DNA from: Tubiluchus corallicola
Taxonomy: Eukaryota; Animalia; Priapulida
DNA: 64,000 nucleotides
Reading direction: 5' to 3'
Assembly: GCA_030141605.1 (NCBI GenBank)
Contig: JAQGDQ010000194.1
Coordinates: 124,001-188,000, forward strand
Within the stretch, counting starts at the first letter, position 1. Each line of letters opens with the position of its first letter. Below, one piece after another: positions 26,084 through 37,900 of the stretch. Position numbers and translations under genes: made by a program. The notes below the pieces were generated by a model. It was not told the origin of the DNA. It did not search any database and saw nothing but the letters and a program-made list of their open reading frames with translations.

Positions 26084-27014
26084 AAAAACTGATCGTGTGG
26101 ACAGAGTTCAGTGAAAACTGATCGTCTGGACAGAGTTCAGTGAAAACTGATCGTGTGGACAGAGTTCAGTGAAAACTGATCGTGTGGACAAAGTTCAGTG
26201 AAAACTGATCGTGTGGACAAAGTTCAGTGAAAACTGATCGTGTGGACAAAGTTCAGTGAAAACTGATCGTCTGGACAAAGTTCAGTGAAAACTTAATGTG
26301 TGGACAAAGTTCAGTGAAAACTGATCGCGTGGACAAAGTTCAGTGAAAACTGATCGGGTGGACAAAGTTCAGTGAAAACTGATCGTGTGGACAAAGTTCA
26401 GTGAAAACTGATCGTGTGGACAAAGTTCAATGAAAACTGAATGTGTGGACAAAGTTCAGTGAAAACTGATCGCGTGGACAAAGTTCAGTGAAAACTGATC
26501 GTGTGGACAAAGTTCAGTGAAAACTGAATGTGTGGACAAAGTTCAGTGAAAACTGATCGTGTGGACAAAGTTCAGTGAAAACTGATCGTGTGGACAAAGT
26601 TCAATGAAAACTGAATGTGTGAACAAAGTTCAGTGAAAACTGATCGTGTGGACAAAGTTCAGTGAAAACTGATCGTGTGGACAAAGTTCAGTGAAAACTG
26701 ATCGTGTGGACAAAGTTCAGTGAAAACTGATCGTGTGGACAAAGTTCAGTGAAAACTGATCGTCTGGACAGAGTTCAATGAAAACTGAATGTGTGGACAA
26801 AGTTCAGTGAAAAGTGATCGTCTGGACAAAGTTCAGTGAAAACTGATCGTGTGGACAAAGTTCAGTGAAAAGTGATCGTCTGGACAAAGTTCAGTGAAAA
26901 CTGATCGTGTGGACAAAGTTCAGTGAAAACTGATCGTGTGGACAAAGTTCAGTGAAAACTGATCGTGTGGACAGAGTTCAGTGAAAACTGATTGTGTGGA
27001 CAGAGTTCAGTGAA
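26084..27014. repeat. 29-bp minisatellite, about 32 units, in OATP intron 4
   Basis: Unit GTGGACAAAGTTCAGTGAAAACTGATCGT in head-to-tail copies, with no spacers. Confidence 0.97.
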
Positions 27015-27269
27015 TGTCATTGTTTGGGATGTCAGTCTTTTGATGAATCTCATTCTTCTGAAGGACCGTATAGACTAGGCATGATAAACCCTGAATAGCT
27101 AGCCATAAAGATTACAAAACCAAGAAATCTGCCAGAGTAGGGAAACAATTGCTTATAAATGCACCTTACTCGCAAGATATAAAACTGCATAAACAGATAT
27201 TGAGTTGTTTATTACTAATCACTGTATATGCTGGCTTGTTTTAATCCTACATTAATTTTTTTCATGTAG

Positions 27270-27372
27270 GAATTTTTTTCACTATGGCAGTCATAGGACC
27301 TGCTATAGGGTACTTTGTTGGTGGAGTACTTCTAGGTATTCCAGGTGACATGGGGAAGGCAGGATTCGTCAA
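27270..27372 (+). CDS. SLCO4A1: OATP coding exon 5
   Basis: GIFFTMAVIGPAIGYFVGGVLL; phases 1 to 2. Confidence 0.92.
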
Positions 27373-27592
27373 GTAAGTTTTATAGTAGGTTGATTATGTG
27401 ATAATTTCATAAACTCATACTGTTTTCAAAATAAGCAATTATTTGTTCAGTTATAACGTCCGCTATATAGCAAACTACAAACCAAATGCTAAACATTGAC
27501 TAGATTTATCATTTTTCCTTTGAGATACATTAAGTATTTGCAAAAACAAAGTTACTTTTCGAAGTTAATTATTTTACCGTACATATATGTAG

Positions 27593-27714
27593 ATCTGAAC
27601 TAACTCCAAGGGACCCGAGATGGTATGGAGCTTGGTGGATTGGTCCAATGGTTGGAGGATCAATAGCAGTTTTGTCTGCAATACCTATGCTTGCTTTCCC
27701 CAAACACCTAAAAG
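27593..27714 (+). CDS. SLCO4A1: OATP coding exon 6 (family signature)
   Basis: DPRWYGAWWIG is a variant of the signature D-x-RW-(I/V)-GAWW-x-G, followed by AFPKHL; phases 2 to 1. Confidence 0.95.
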
Positions 27715-27976
27715 GTAAAGGAAATGAAAGATGAGTATAGTAATGGCACTGTCCATAACATTTTTGTTAGTCTATAAAAAGAGCGCCAGTTTCTAGACAG
27801 AAATTTGGGTTTCTCATCCCTTAGCATTTAGAACCAAATATATCCAAGGACTATACAACACAAACATAATGATTGTTCGACAGATAATGATTGAAGAATT
27901 TTTATTCATATTTTTGCAAATTTATATTTTCTTGCAGCGATGTTATAGTGATGCTCGATCTTTTGCGTATTTTCAG

Positions 27977-28237
27977 GGTCTCATGAACGTCGTGCTAAAG
28001 ACTTGCACGAGGTCCATTCTACTGCGCAAGACAATGATGTGATGCAACCAGATTTTGGAAGCAGCATGAAACATTTGCCTCACTCATTGAAACGGTTACT
28101 GCTGAATCCTACTTATGTACTGGTTGTGATTGCAGATGCCCTGGAGGCATTCATGGTGGCAGGGTTCGTCACTTTCGTGCCCAAGTATTTCGAAAATCAG
28201 TTTAACTGGAGCGCAAGAACGGCAGCGTTTGCATCTG
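27977..28237 (+). CDS. SLCO4A1: OATP coding exon 7
   Basis: DFGSSMKHLPHSLKRLLLNPTY...GFVTFVPKYFENQF; phases 1 to 1. Confidence 0.93.
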
Positions 28238-28374
28238 GTATATGAAATGATATGAACATTTAACTTTGATTTAGTTGGTTTATTGTTTGCGTCGTACGAC
28301 AAGCACAGTGACTACTTTAACAAAAAATAGTCGTTCATATAAAGGCTCCAAAGCAAAGGCTACAAACTTTGAAA

Positions 28375-28465
28375 AAATTCACTTTTATTGGGACTCGAAC
28401 CTAAGACTTTCTGCTCTTGTAGAGTAAAATCAGTTTAGTTCTACTCTAGACGCTTGACTGCGGTT
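28375..28465 (-). mobile_element. tRNA-derived SINE head remnant
   Basis: Minus-strand B-box GGTTCGAGTCCC; the upstream part is degenerate. Confidence 0.35.
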
Positions 28466-29563
28466 GTGATTTAACTCTGTTTTTGGACTTCTGTTTTTTC
28501 ATGCAAGTCTTACAAATCTCTTGCTTGCCAAACAGTGGAAAAAGCGAATGGACTCAGCAGATTTGATGAGCTATGCCACTGTGACATCGACATTTCACTC
28601 TTGGCACTAGACTTTACGAAATGCTACTGTTGGCCTTCACATTTCGCTCAAAATTTTTATTCCAAGGTTAAGCATACAGAACTTGAACATACATAAGTCT
28701 ACCATATTTAATAACCTGTATTTTTTACATTATAGCTTTTGGGCCAGGTATCGGTGAGAAAAAAGGACTAAAATTTACATTCAGGTCGTCAATGCGAGAA
28801 ACTGGAAAATTGGTTCTGTTTTTCTCTTCCTGGTTGGGAATTTCTTCAACACGACTTGTGTTCAAATGAAAACCCTAAACAAAATACGTAGTCTGCTTTG
28901 ACAACCGATGCGAAGAAATCTGCAGTTGAGTTTTACCCACCCTCATCACAATAAGAAAGAAAGTCCAGGCTACCCTTCGGTATCATAGGATGAGAATAAG
29001 TCAACCGCTGACCATTATTCCTCCTGTTGTCTTTGTTCCTCCTCATGTAGTATCAAAACTAAGCAGACAGTCACAGACCAGACCAGACCAGACTAAGCCC
29101 GAGCTAGATCAACAACTAGAAGAGAAAGAAACTGACTCAGCCTAATATTTTAACCACATTAAGCCCGTGTCAATTATCCACGCACAATCATGTTCAAAGT
29201 TAGCCTGTCGCATAATCATTCTTTGTTACATATTGCTGCATTGGTACATAATGCGCTTTCTGTTACGTAATGAACCTTAACAGCGAGTAAGTAGCCTGGC
29301 CAGGGTTGGTGACGTTTGTAATAGTTTTTTTGAAACCGTAGCGTTTATTTGTGCAGATAACACAATCAGCCTTACCCTAAAAAACGCAATTGCTTAAACC
29401 GCTGTTGTGAGGTGAATATTATGTAAAACAGTAATTTATTTATATCCCATCTTAGAATGCTAGACTGTCTTTTTGATGTGTGGGTAATATGGGCAAATGA
29501 CGAAACGGTCCATGGCTGTCGCTTGTGAGTTAGTTGATTTTCAATTCAACAACAATTTTTCAG

Positions 29564-29762
29564 GAACGGTTACTATAGTAGCAGGAGCAACGGGCACCGT
29601 AGCCGGGGGTTGGATAATAAAAAGATGGAACATGAAATTACCAGCAATTTTGAAATTGACAGTCGTTGCCATTGCCGTGTCGTTGATTAGTGGTTTTGGT
29701 CTAGCATTGCGTTGTCCTAATGCTGCATTTGCAGGGGTGACTCTTCCTTACGGCAGCAATGA
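29564..29762 (+). CDS. SLCO4A1: OATP coding exon 8
   Basis: GTVAGGWIIKRWNM...CPNAAFAGVTLPY; phases 1 to 2. Confidence 0.92.
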
Positions 29763-29923
29763 GTAAGTCAAATATAGAGCTTAGCTTTTTCTATTAGCTG
29801 GAGAAGTCCCAGACTATACAGATCCACATACATGTCATACATACTGTACGTTTTTAGTTTCACGATTTATTCTATATATGCACGATACGATTTTTTTAAT
29901 AAATTACACTATATATATTACAG

Positions 29924-30083
29924 TAGTAGAACTGACGCAGTTCATGAAACTATTAGCATCACACATGAGTGCAATGAAAGGTGCAATTGTTCGGAAGTTG
30001 TATATCAACCTGTGTGTGGTATTGATGACGTCATGTATTTCTCTCCATGTCATGCGGGATGTAGTATTCCAAGTGAAAAAGAT
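29924..30083 (+). CDS. SLCO4A1: OATP coding exon 9 (Kazal-like extracellular loop)
   Basis: CNERCNCSEVVYQPVCGIDDVMYFSPCHAGC. The acceptor is a CAGTAGTAG triplet; donor GAT|GTGAGT. Confidence 0.93.
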
Positions 30084-30518
30084 GTGAGTAAATTGTTACA
30101 GATAATTCACTTAAGAGTAAGGCATATGCATGCCTGCAGAATTATAATTTTGCCACGTCTGAATGATGCAAATTCCCTTTTAAGTTAAGAGTGGTAGACT
30201 TATTGATCGCTTCATTTACACAAAAGGCTGTTACAGCGCAATTGATGATTGAATATCTCTGGACTTAGGGGAGTTGCTATTTTAACACTTGTTGTTTGCT
30301 TTTTGCATTGCAGTTTGTGTTTGCAGGAATACTGCAAGATCACACAACACGCACGCACGCACGCATGTTACGAAGGCAGATTTTGACTAACCCTCTAATG
30401 TTAGTAATGGGTATGGTTGAGAAGCCCAGAAGCCCAGTATATATATACTTCGACACAGTCATTAAGAAGTATTGCTAATTCTTTTCTATATATTTTCATA
30501 TATTTTCATGTTTCGCAG

Positions 30519-30691
30519 CCTTGCTCCTGTATTGAGTTTAGGGTGAGGCAGGTGAATACAACAAAAAGCTGGTATGACGAAGGAAGATGCTCATCTAGGT
30601 GCAAAGTTGTCATCCCATTCATGGTCATGTTCTGCATTACCGTCTTCTCTAGTTTATTAGCTGGTATACCTACACAGGCAGCTCTACTCAG
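30519..30691 (+). CDS. SLCO4A1: OATP coding exon 10
   Basis: CSCI...GRCSSRC followed by a TM segment ending in ALLR; phases 0 to 2. Confidence 0.88.
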
Positions 30692-31083
30692 GTAAGACAT
30701 TATTATAATGTCGAGCTTCGTAACATTGAAGAATGAAATTACGAAGCTTTATAATTAGTTCGTTATATTTCTGCACACCACAGCATACTACATTCGAGTA
30801 AAAGAAAAAAAGAGGAGCAGGAATATCTTTAAACAATAAACAATGCTCTTTTTCATGTATACCTTATAACATAATCACTATTTAAGTAAAATAAGGAGGA
30901 TCATTAATGAATCACAGAGTTGTACAGCACAGAAAAAACGTAATAGAAAACAAAAAGAAGTGAAAACATACACACTACTTTCGTTTGTACTTAGACATGA
31001 AAAAAATTAGAGCTGTTGTCGCAAACAGTTGATTATATTTATTTAACTTTCTTTCAGTTGAAGACATGATTCGAATTTTTCAG

Positions 31084-31297
31084 ATGTGTTCCGTTTTCGC
31101 AACGACCATTGGCAGTAGGCATCCAGTGGCTTCTTTTGCGTTTATTGGGAACTGTACCAGGTCCTATTGTGCTGGGACACACTATAGACATTACTTGCTT
31201 ATTGTGGAAAAATAAATGTGGTGAACCAGCTTCTTGTCTGCAGTACGACAATCCAACAATGAGCTTATATTTCATGTTGCTACGCTCAGTGTTGAAG
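31084..31297 (+). CDS. SLCO4A1: OATP coding exon 11
   Basis: CVPFSQRPLAVGIQWLLLRLLGTVPGPIVLGHTIDITCLLW...CGEPASCLQYDN. The donor is inferred to be AAG|GCAAGC (GC-AG intron). Confidence 0.88.
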
Positions 31298-31340
31298 GCA
31301 AGCATGCACATTTCTTTTTTTAATTAACCAGGTCTTCTAT

Positions 31341-31480
31341 GTCAGTCAATCAGTTAGTCAGTCAGTCAGTCAGTCAGTCAGTCAGTCAGTCAGTCAGTCA
31401 GTCAGTCAGTCAGTCAGTCAGTCAGTCAGTCAGTCAGTCAGTCAGTCAGTCAGTCAGTCAGTCAGTCAGTCAGTCAGTCA
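31341..31480. repeat. (TCAG)n microsatellite
   Basis: Seen directly; starts about 45 nt into the last OATP intron. Confidence 0.97.
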
Positions 31481-32902
31481 TGTTTTTAGTTATGAAGGTA
31501 CGCTTAGTGCAAATGGGCAACTTTCGTTGAACAATATATACTGCTAAACAGTGCTATGTGGTTTATATACTGTATCTTCTCAATAAAGTATCAGAGATTA
31601 GTTGTTTAAAATTAATAAAACTGGATCATTAATAAACAGGCGTCTTAAGTCATACGGTAGTAATAATAGTGCGTGTGAACAATTCCGTTTTTTTAACCGA
31701 GCATTACGAGATCATTCGCGTGCCACGGATTTGGTCGTGTGTCAAACTAACAGCATCAAATGTAGATAAAGAATCATACAATAATTCCGTATTATAGATA
31801 TTGCATTAGAATAGTTTTGTGAAGTTAGAATATGAAAATCACACTCTTGCAACTTCCTACCTACATGAAATATGTTACGCTTTTTGACCCGTGCTTACAT
31901 GACAGTTACGTAACAGATCCTAATCATGTTCGATGGTCATAGCGAAACCAGACCCTGGCTCATTATCAAGGCTATGCCTTTGAAGTGGCAGAGGTATTTT
32001 AGCTCTGTTCGGTTGAGAATACGTCTTCCGTCCACGAGGGAAACAGCCAGAATCAGTACGGCGAATGAAGCCGCCAAAACAATCGAAGCTGTTCAACTAT
32101 CAATTAACTGATCAGTTTCAGCGCCATTCTTAACGTTGATCGCCAAGCGTGGCGCCCTAAAGAAAAAGCCTAGGCCTTGGGAAATTAGGCGTATTGCCAT
32201 GTTTGCGAAAATATTTAGGATTTAGTAATAACGTGCGGCAAACGTAGAATCACTTTAAAGTCACGATCATTTCACGCTTGGAGTTTCCATTCTGAACGCT
32301 CGTTTTTCCATCAGTGACTTCGTTTGTCGACTACAAAAAAGCAGCGCACTGTTAATTTCAGTCACACAGTATAAAAGGTTTGTATAAAAAATTGGATTTT
32401 GCATGAGCATTAGGTAAGCTGTAGAAGTCTGAATTAGTTTAAGCGACACGGGCTTAGGAAAGCTACGATGCGTTTACGAAGAGTTACGTAATTACGTAAT
32501 ATGAATAATTACGTAATATTCAAGTGAATGGCGGCTACCGTCGCGCGTGAAAATTTAAATACGGCGGTAGTATAAATTAACTTCATGCTTCATAGGCAGT
32601 TTTTGCAAACTTCTTTGTTATGTTTTTCTAAGTTTAAGTGAAACAGTAAACTAAAGTGGTTTGTCCATTCCTATAACCATTATATATCTTTTATAATATC
32701 TTTTACAATGTCTATATGTTTCATTCTTGCTACACAAATTAACTAGATCAGTCCACATTGCCGTCTCTCTTCTCATTTTTTCCTGTTTACATTAAATGCT
32801 CAAAAAGTAATCATAAAAAGCAAAGTGAGCTTATTTGAATTTATTTTTGTTCAATTGAAAATGAACTGTCTAATATTCACATTTACAAACTTATGTTTTC
32901 AG

Positions 32903-33076
32903 CTGGCTGCGCTAGTCTGTATTGTGTGTGCTTTGATATTGTATAAAGCACCATCCAGTTCTACCTCACAATCCGGGGAAACTGAACTTGTGTCTGATGA
33001 GGCACCAGAACTGATCGGGAAAATGAATCCTGCATTGAAAGGAATCGACAGCAACTCAAACGCCACGCCTATGTAA
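32903..33076 (+). CDS. SLCO4A1: OATP terminal coding exon 12
   Basis: TTTTCAG| acceptor; LAALVCIVCALILYKAP (TM12 end, cf. ..FLYKP); TAA stop; AATAAA about 17 nt downstream and again near 33534. Confidence 0.85.
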   Translation: MAALVCIVCALILYKAPSSSTSQSGETELVSDEAPELIGKMNPALKGIDSNSNATPM

Positions 33077-34239
33077 AATCTAGCGTTTGTAAAATAAAGG
33101 GAGTTCAGTTATTACCGGTTTGTAGATAGTATCCATGATAATAATAATAATAATTATTATTATGTATTTAAGTGTTGTTATCTACTTTACTGTGTCTTTT
33201 GAAGCTGTCTTTTCTTCTTAAATTAATTATTTGGGCTGTTTCCGCTCTGACTAGAAGCAGCGCCTATAATGTCACAATTCCTGTGATTGGCAAATATGTT
33301 CAGTATCACGTGTTGGGATTACTGTGATGGCCTATTCGCAGTCAGTATGTCAGCCATGCGTTTACGTTAGTTGGAGGTAAAAATAGCCTTTATGTTACAC
33401 TGTGCTTCTGTGTTTCTTATATCTGTTGAAGTTCAAAGCAACGTGTCGTGTAGTTTAAGTTTATCATTCTGCGGACTGTCATAGTGAAGCTACGACTATT
33501 GATTTGACTTGTATACGTTGTACGTTTACTTTAAATAAATTTTAGCTAAATATATATTTTTCATTCTATTTTCGAACGTGATTCTTTCTGTGAAGAACTA
33601 CAGTAGAAAAAATATTGGATCGCTATATATTTGCAACGTGGTATTTCTCACGTTGATATGTTGACATCTGATAATTATATTGTATCATGTTATTACAAAA
33701 TACTTAAGCTTTATTAAAAGTTATTAAAAGTTTATAGTTAATAAGCAGTAGTTTAATAAGACAGAAACAGGTTTTAGCCCTGTCACTTCAACATAAAATT
33801 TTACCGAATTTCGACAGGATGTCGGTATCGTCAAAGCTAATGCCTCATGCACGCACACCATAAGGACAACCGCATCAGCACCTCGTTACATTCATAACGT
33901 GGTGACACCTGTTGCCAAGAAAAACGTAATATTACAACAGATGGTTTACTCAAGTTGAGTCAGTGGATTTATCTCCAATTATAGGCCAATAACAAAAAGC
34001 AGACAAAGAAATATCACTAAAATGTTGCTTTTAAATCATGTTTACGTTAATTTGACGTTAGCATAAATATGCACACAGCGCAAAACTATAGTTTCATGCC
34101 TTCAAAACAATTTAAAGTGATGACTACAGTGATATATACAGATTTTCAGAGTTTTTTATTTAAAAAATTGTCCTAATTAAGTAATTTAAAAATCTCGGTT
34201 GTCTGACTCCTTTTTATAAAATATGATAGGTGTTGATGG

Positions 34240-35548
34240 TGTAATGGCCCGTGCATGCAGGGGCAGACCCTAGGGGCCAATTAATGGTAGTCGCTGCTAA
34301 GTTCGATCAGTTCCTTGGCCGAGCTAGGGGTACTAACCGACTGCCCACTAAAGAAACAGACAGTAGCTGAGCGTAGGCAAACTCTACGGGGGCTCTACCT
34401 AAATAGCATGGATTCTTTTGTGGTGGGATGGATTAAAAACAGGCTTTCCATCTATACCTCAAAAACCAAACTGTAACCAGTCGAATAAATGACAAAATAT
34501 TAAGTTTAATGACACAAACAAAAACAGTTGTATAATTGAGCTTTTTGTAAACAATGGAAATTAGTAATAAGCAAAAGTAAATCTGAAAACGCTACTAAAC
34601 AGCATGGCATGAAATAAATGCAATGACAAAACATACAAAAATCACACAGTGTTCCTAACTATTTAAAGGGTTCCTACTTACTCTACCAGCCACCCCAAAA
34701 TGCATACGCTAACGTAATATCTTCTCCAGGGAAAGTGTAGCTTGTGGTCATAGTCCTTTAGAACAACTGAAGTATGGTTCAGATTTCATGTAACGGGTTC
34801 ACGACTCCCACAGTAACGACGCAAAAAGTCTGAGTGAAACGTAGTCAAATGTTTAACATAAGTCTATCAAAAGGGTGACGTGTGAACGTAGGTGTAGGCA
34901 CACATACGTTCGGAAGCTCCCATCAAAAACAAGTTCTACCTCTGGCGCCAATTAACGATAACGTAAATAAACAGGTACCTTTGCCTTCCGGTTTATTGGC
35001 ATAAAGTTCCTACCCGGGCGGTGACGAGTTCTCCGTCCCATGCGATGGACTATCGAGCTGGGCACCTTTCCAACTGCACGACGGTGCTCTCACATGATCC
35101 GAAATGACATCTTCCCGGCATGGTAAGATCAGCAAAGCCATGTAAACAAATGAGTGGACATCTTCCACCACCACAAATAGATCATTAGCTTTTCAAACGT
35201 CAGCTAATGGACAATCAGGTAAAACGTAAAAACGCAGTTTAACCAACCAAGGTCAAGTTGCATATCCTGTCGGTGAAATCTGTGTCATGAACGTACAGAA
35301 ATCAATGCGTTTGGCCTCAATTCGATTAAATGCACAAACGTACAGTTACACGTTTAACCCAACCCGGGGGGGGGGGGACTAACATTCCCTAAACTAACAA
35401 ATAGTACCTAGTTGATCATAACAATCTAGAAACAATTTACACTTAGTGAACATAAGTAAAGAAAAGCTGGTGCCAAAATAAGAAAATAAAGCTTAATGTT
35501 TATCTGCAAGTTAAAGTACGGCTCAATGATTTAGTCTGGGTCATTACA
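34240..35548. mobile_element. Solo LTR (1309 bp) with 5-bp TSD
   Basis: Starts TGTAATGGCCC and ends GGGTCATTACA (TG...CA, imperfect inverted termini). GATGG is present on both sides (34235-34239 and 35549-35553). No internal ORF. Confidence 0.8.
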
Positions 35549-35929
35549 GATGGTACTACCTAATTAATATTGCTGTTGTTAAAACTGTTAAATTAATAAA
35601 TCAATAATTGTAACAAAAACTGATGGTACTACTTACATAGTTTTAGTAATTTAACAATTTATTGAAATGAAAAAACTGTTTTACTGTAATTCTGCCAAAC
35701 TAATTTATTTTCGTGATATCAGCAACAAAACAGCGAAAAACTGACATATTTGCAGCTAGCAATGTGGACGATTTTCAGAAAGTAAAAATTAAAGGCTATT
35801 AGTTCAGTTACATTTTCTCAGCAAACCACAGTTTGTGAACAATAATTAACTGCTATATAACTAAGAGCAAAAGAAGTCTGCTCTAATTACCATTCCATTG
35901 TTACAGCTTGTGAAACTTTGTTAAACGAC

Positions 35930-37900
35930 TCCATTTCGACGGCGAGATCTATGCGATCTTATGTAATGTTTAGGAAAGATCGAGCCGATTCTTATTGGGG
36001 TGTGCTTGTGGCTGTACACGGTGACATGCTACCGCAATGAAAAGCATACTTGGAGACACAATGCGAAATCCTTTGGCTAGAATGTACAGCGAAAACTGGG
36101 AAAATCTTATAAGGTCTCTACCATCGTCCTCCCGGTGGCTGCTCATAAGCCCAATTAGAACAAATTAATGCCTTGGAAAAGTAATTTGACTTAATATAAA
36201 TGACTAAACACGAATATAAACAAATTGAGGTCATTGGAGACTAACAGTCACGCAGACTTTTCATCGCTGCCTTACTCGCCAACTGATGACATGGACGAAG
36301 CTATTATTGACTGTCTAGATGACCTTGACTTGGTACAGCTGGTCACTGATCAAACTTATCAGACATCAAACCAGCGTAAATAGAAGGAAGCAGCACGTTA
36401 GACGTATTTTGTGTCAGTGATCTTTCTGCTGTCAGCGCATAACAATGGCTGATAACATAATCCCAACTTGTGATCACTATGCTGCGGAATGTGTTGTAAA
36501 TTTTTTGCTGCAACAAAAAAAGAAAAAGTCAAAACTGATTTACACGTATAAAAAGGCCTGAGTTTTGTCACATGAACAGCTTGTTACATTTAGCACCCTG
36601 GGACTTGTGTTACAGTGACAACTTCGATTTTGAGGACATTTGTAATAGATGGTTTTATTTAAATTTGTGCTTCTAAAACTGAGTCAGTTCTATCAAAAAT
36701 TGTTGCTGATAAATATAATCGTCACATGGTAAATTGAACTGACTAAACTTAGATTGTTTCTTTAACGATTCCAGAGACACACGTAAACTACAAACCTTTA
36801 GTCGCAGTCTTAAATATAAATTAAACAAGGATGCTGTTTTTCACCTTGATCATTTAGCAAGTAATGCATTGCACTGCGTGCCCAGACTAAATTGCCAGTA
36901 TTTTATTAATTTTTTTGCTGATGCGTTTATTCAACATTCATCTTTTGATTGCAACAGTAATTATACCCTTCTAATGTAACGTTAACCGTCTCTGGACCAA
37001 TGCTACAGTGAGTTAAGTATGTGGTTGGCAGACGTGCATCGGTACCTGTCAACCACATACTAAACTCACTGTAGCATTGGTCCAGAGACGGTTAAGTCTG
37101 TATTAGAAGGTCTAGATTTATCCAGATCTGCGGCAGGTTTGGCATCTCTGCTGTGTAGACTGTTTAATGCGAATGCATCTGCTGGATGTCTTCCTGCAGA
37201 ATGGAAGAGAACTAATGTCACCCAATTTTTAAAAGGGGTGACAAGGACAGTAGTTTTTCGAAAATTATCTGCCTATCTCGATAACCAACTCGATTAGTAA
37301 AACGATGGAGAGGACTGTAGTTGACATGAGTAACGAATGTGAGTTGGTATCATTAGCAAAACACAGTATGTTTTTCTAGCTTTTCAAGCAACAGACTACA
37401 ACGGGTAGTTTACCAGAAAAATTTCTCAGTGAATCCCAGTCACGTCCGGCGTCCCGCAGGGTCCACTTTTAGGGCCCTTACCATTCGTTTTATATACGAA
37501 CGATTTGTGTCACACAGTTTCTTTCGGTACGCAGTGCTTCAGTATGCAGCTGATACCATTGTTTATAGACACATTAGAGACCCAACAGATGTAGAAGTTT
37601 TACAGTCAAATAAATAACATTCTACGACTGGGGTCTAGCTATTATTATTCAATCCATCCAAAACTGAGTTCACCTGCAGAGGCACTCGGCCCGAACACGT
37701 TACATATTCCATAAATGAAAGTGAAATTAAGGAGTTAACCCACTTAGCCATTTAGGTGCGCATTTTCCAGTGATCTGCCACTGAACCCACATGTCAACAA
37801 TATTAGTTCTCGTGCTAGACCGCTATTGGGTTTCGTATTAAGAACGTACATATTTCATATGTAAGGCCGGAAATGTTCAGAGAGAATTGTACTGCCAGTC
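35930..37900 (+). mobile_element. Decayed CR1/L2-type LINE (endonuclease plus RT)
   Basis: FRKDR...GVLVAV, YHRPP, TLDVF, CDHYA, WKRTNVT.IFKRGDK, NYLPISIT, GVPQG.LLGPL and QYAADT occur in order, with many stops and frameshifts. Confidence 0.8.
36982..37095. repeat. Long inverted repeat (50-bp arms, 14-nt loop)
   Basis: TTAACCGTCTCTGGACC...TGGCAG versus its reverse complement, with 2 mismatches. Confidence 0.95.

Noticed and set aside
26084-27014. CRISPR array (29-bp palindromic repeat)
   Set aside because: The units are contiguous with no unique spacers, there are no cas genes, and it lies in a eukaryotic intron.
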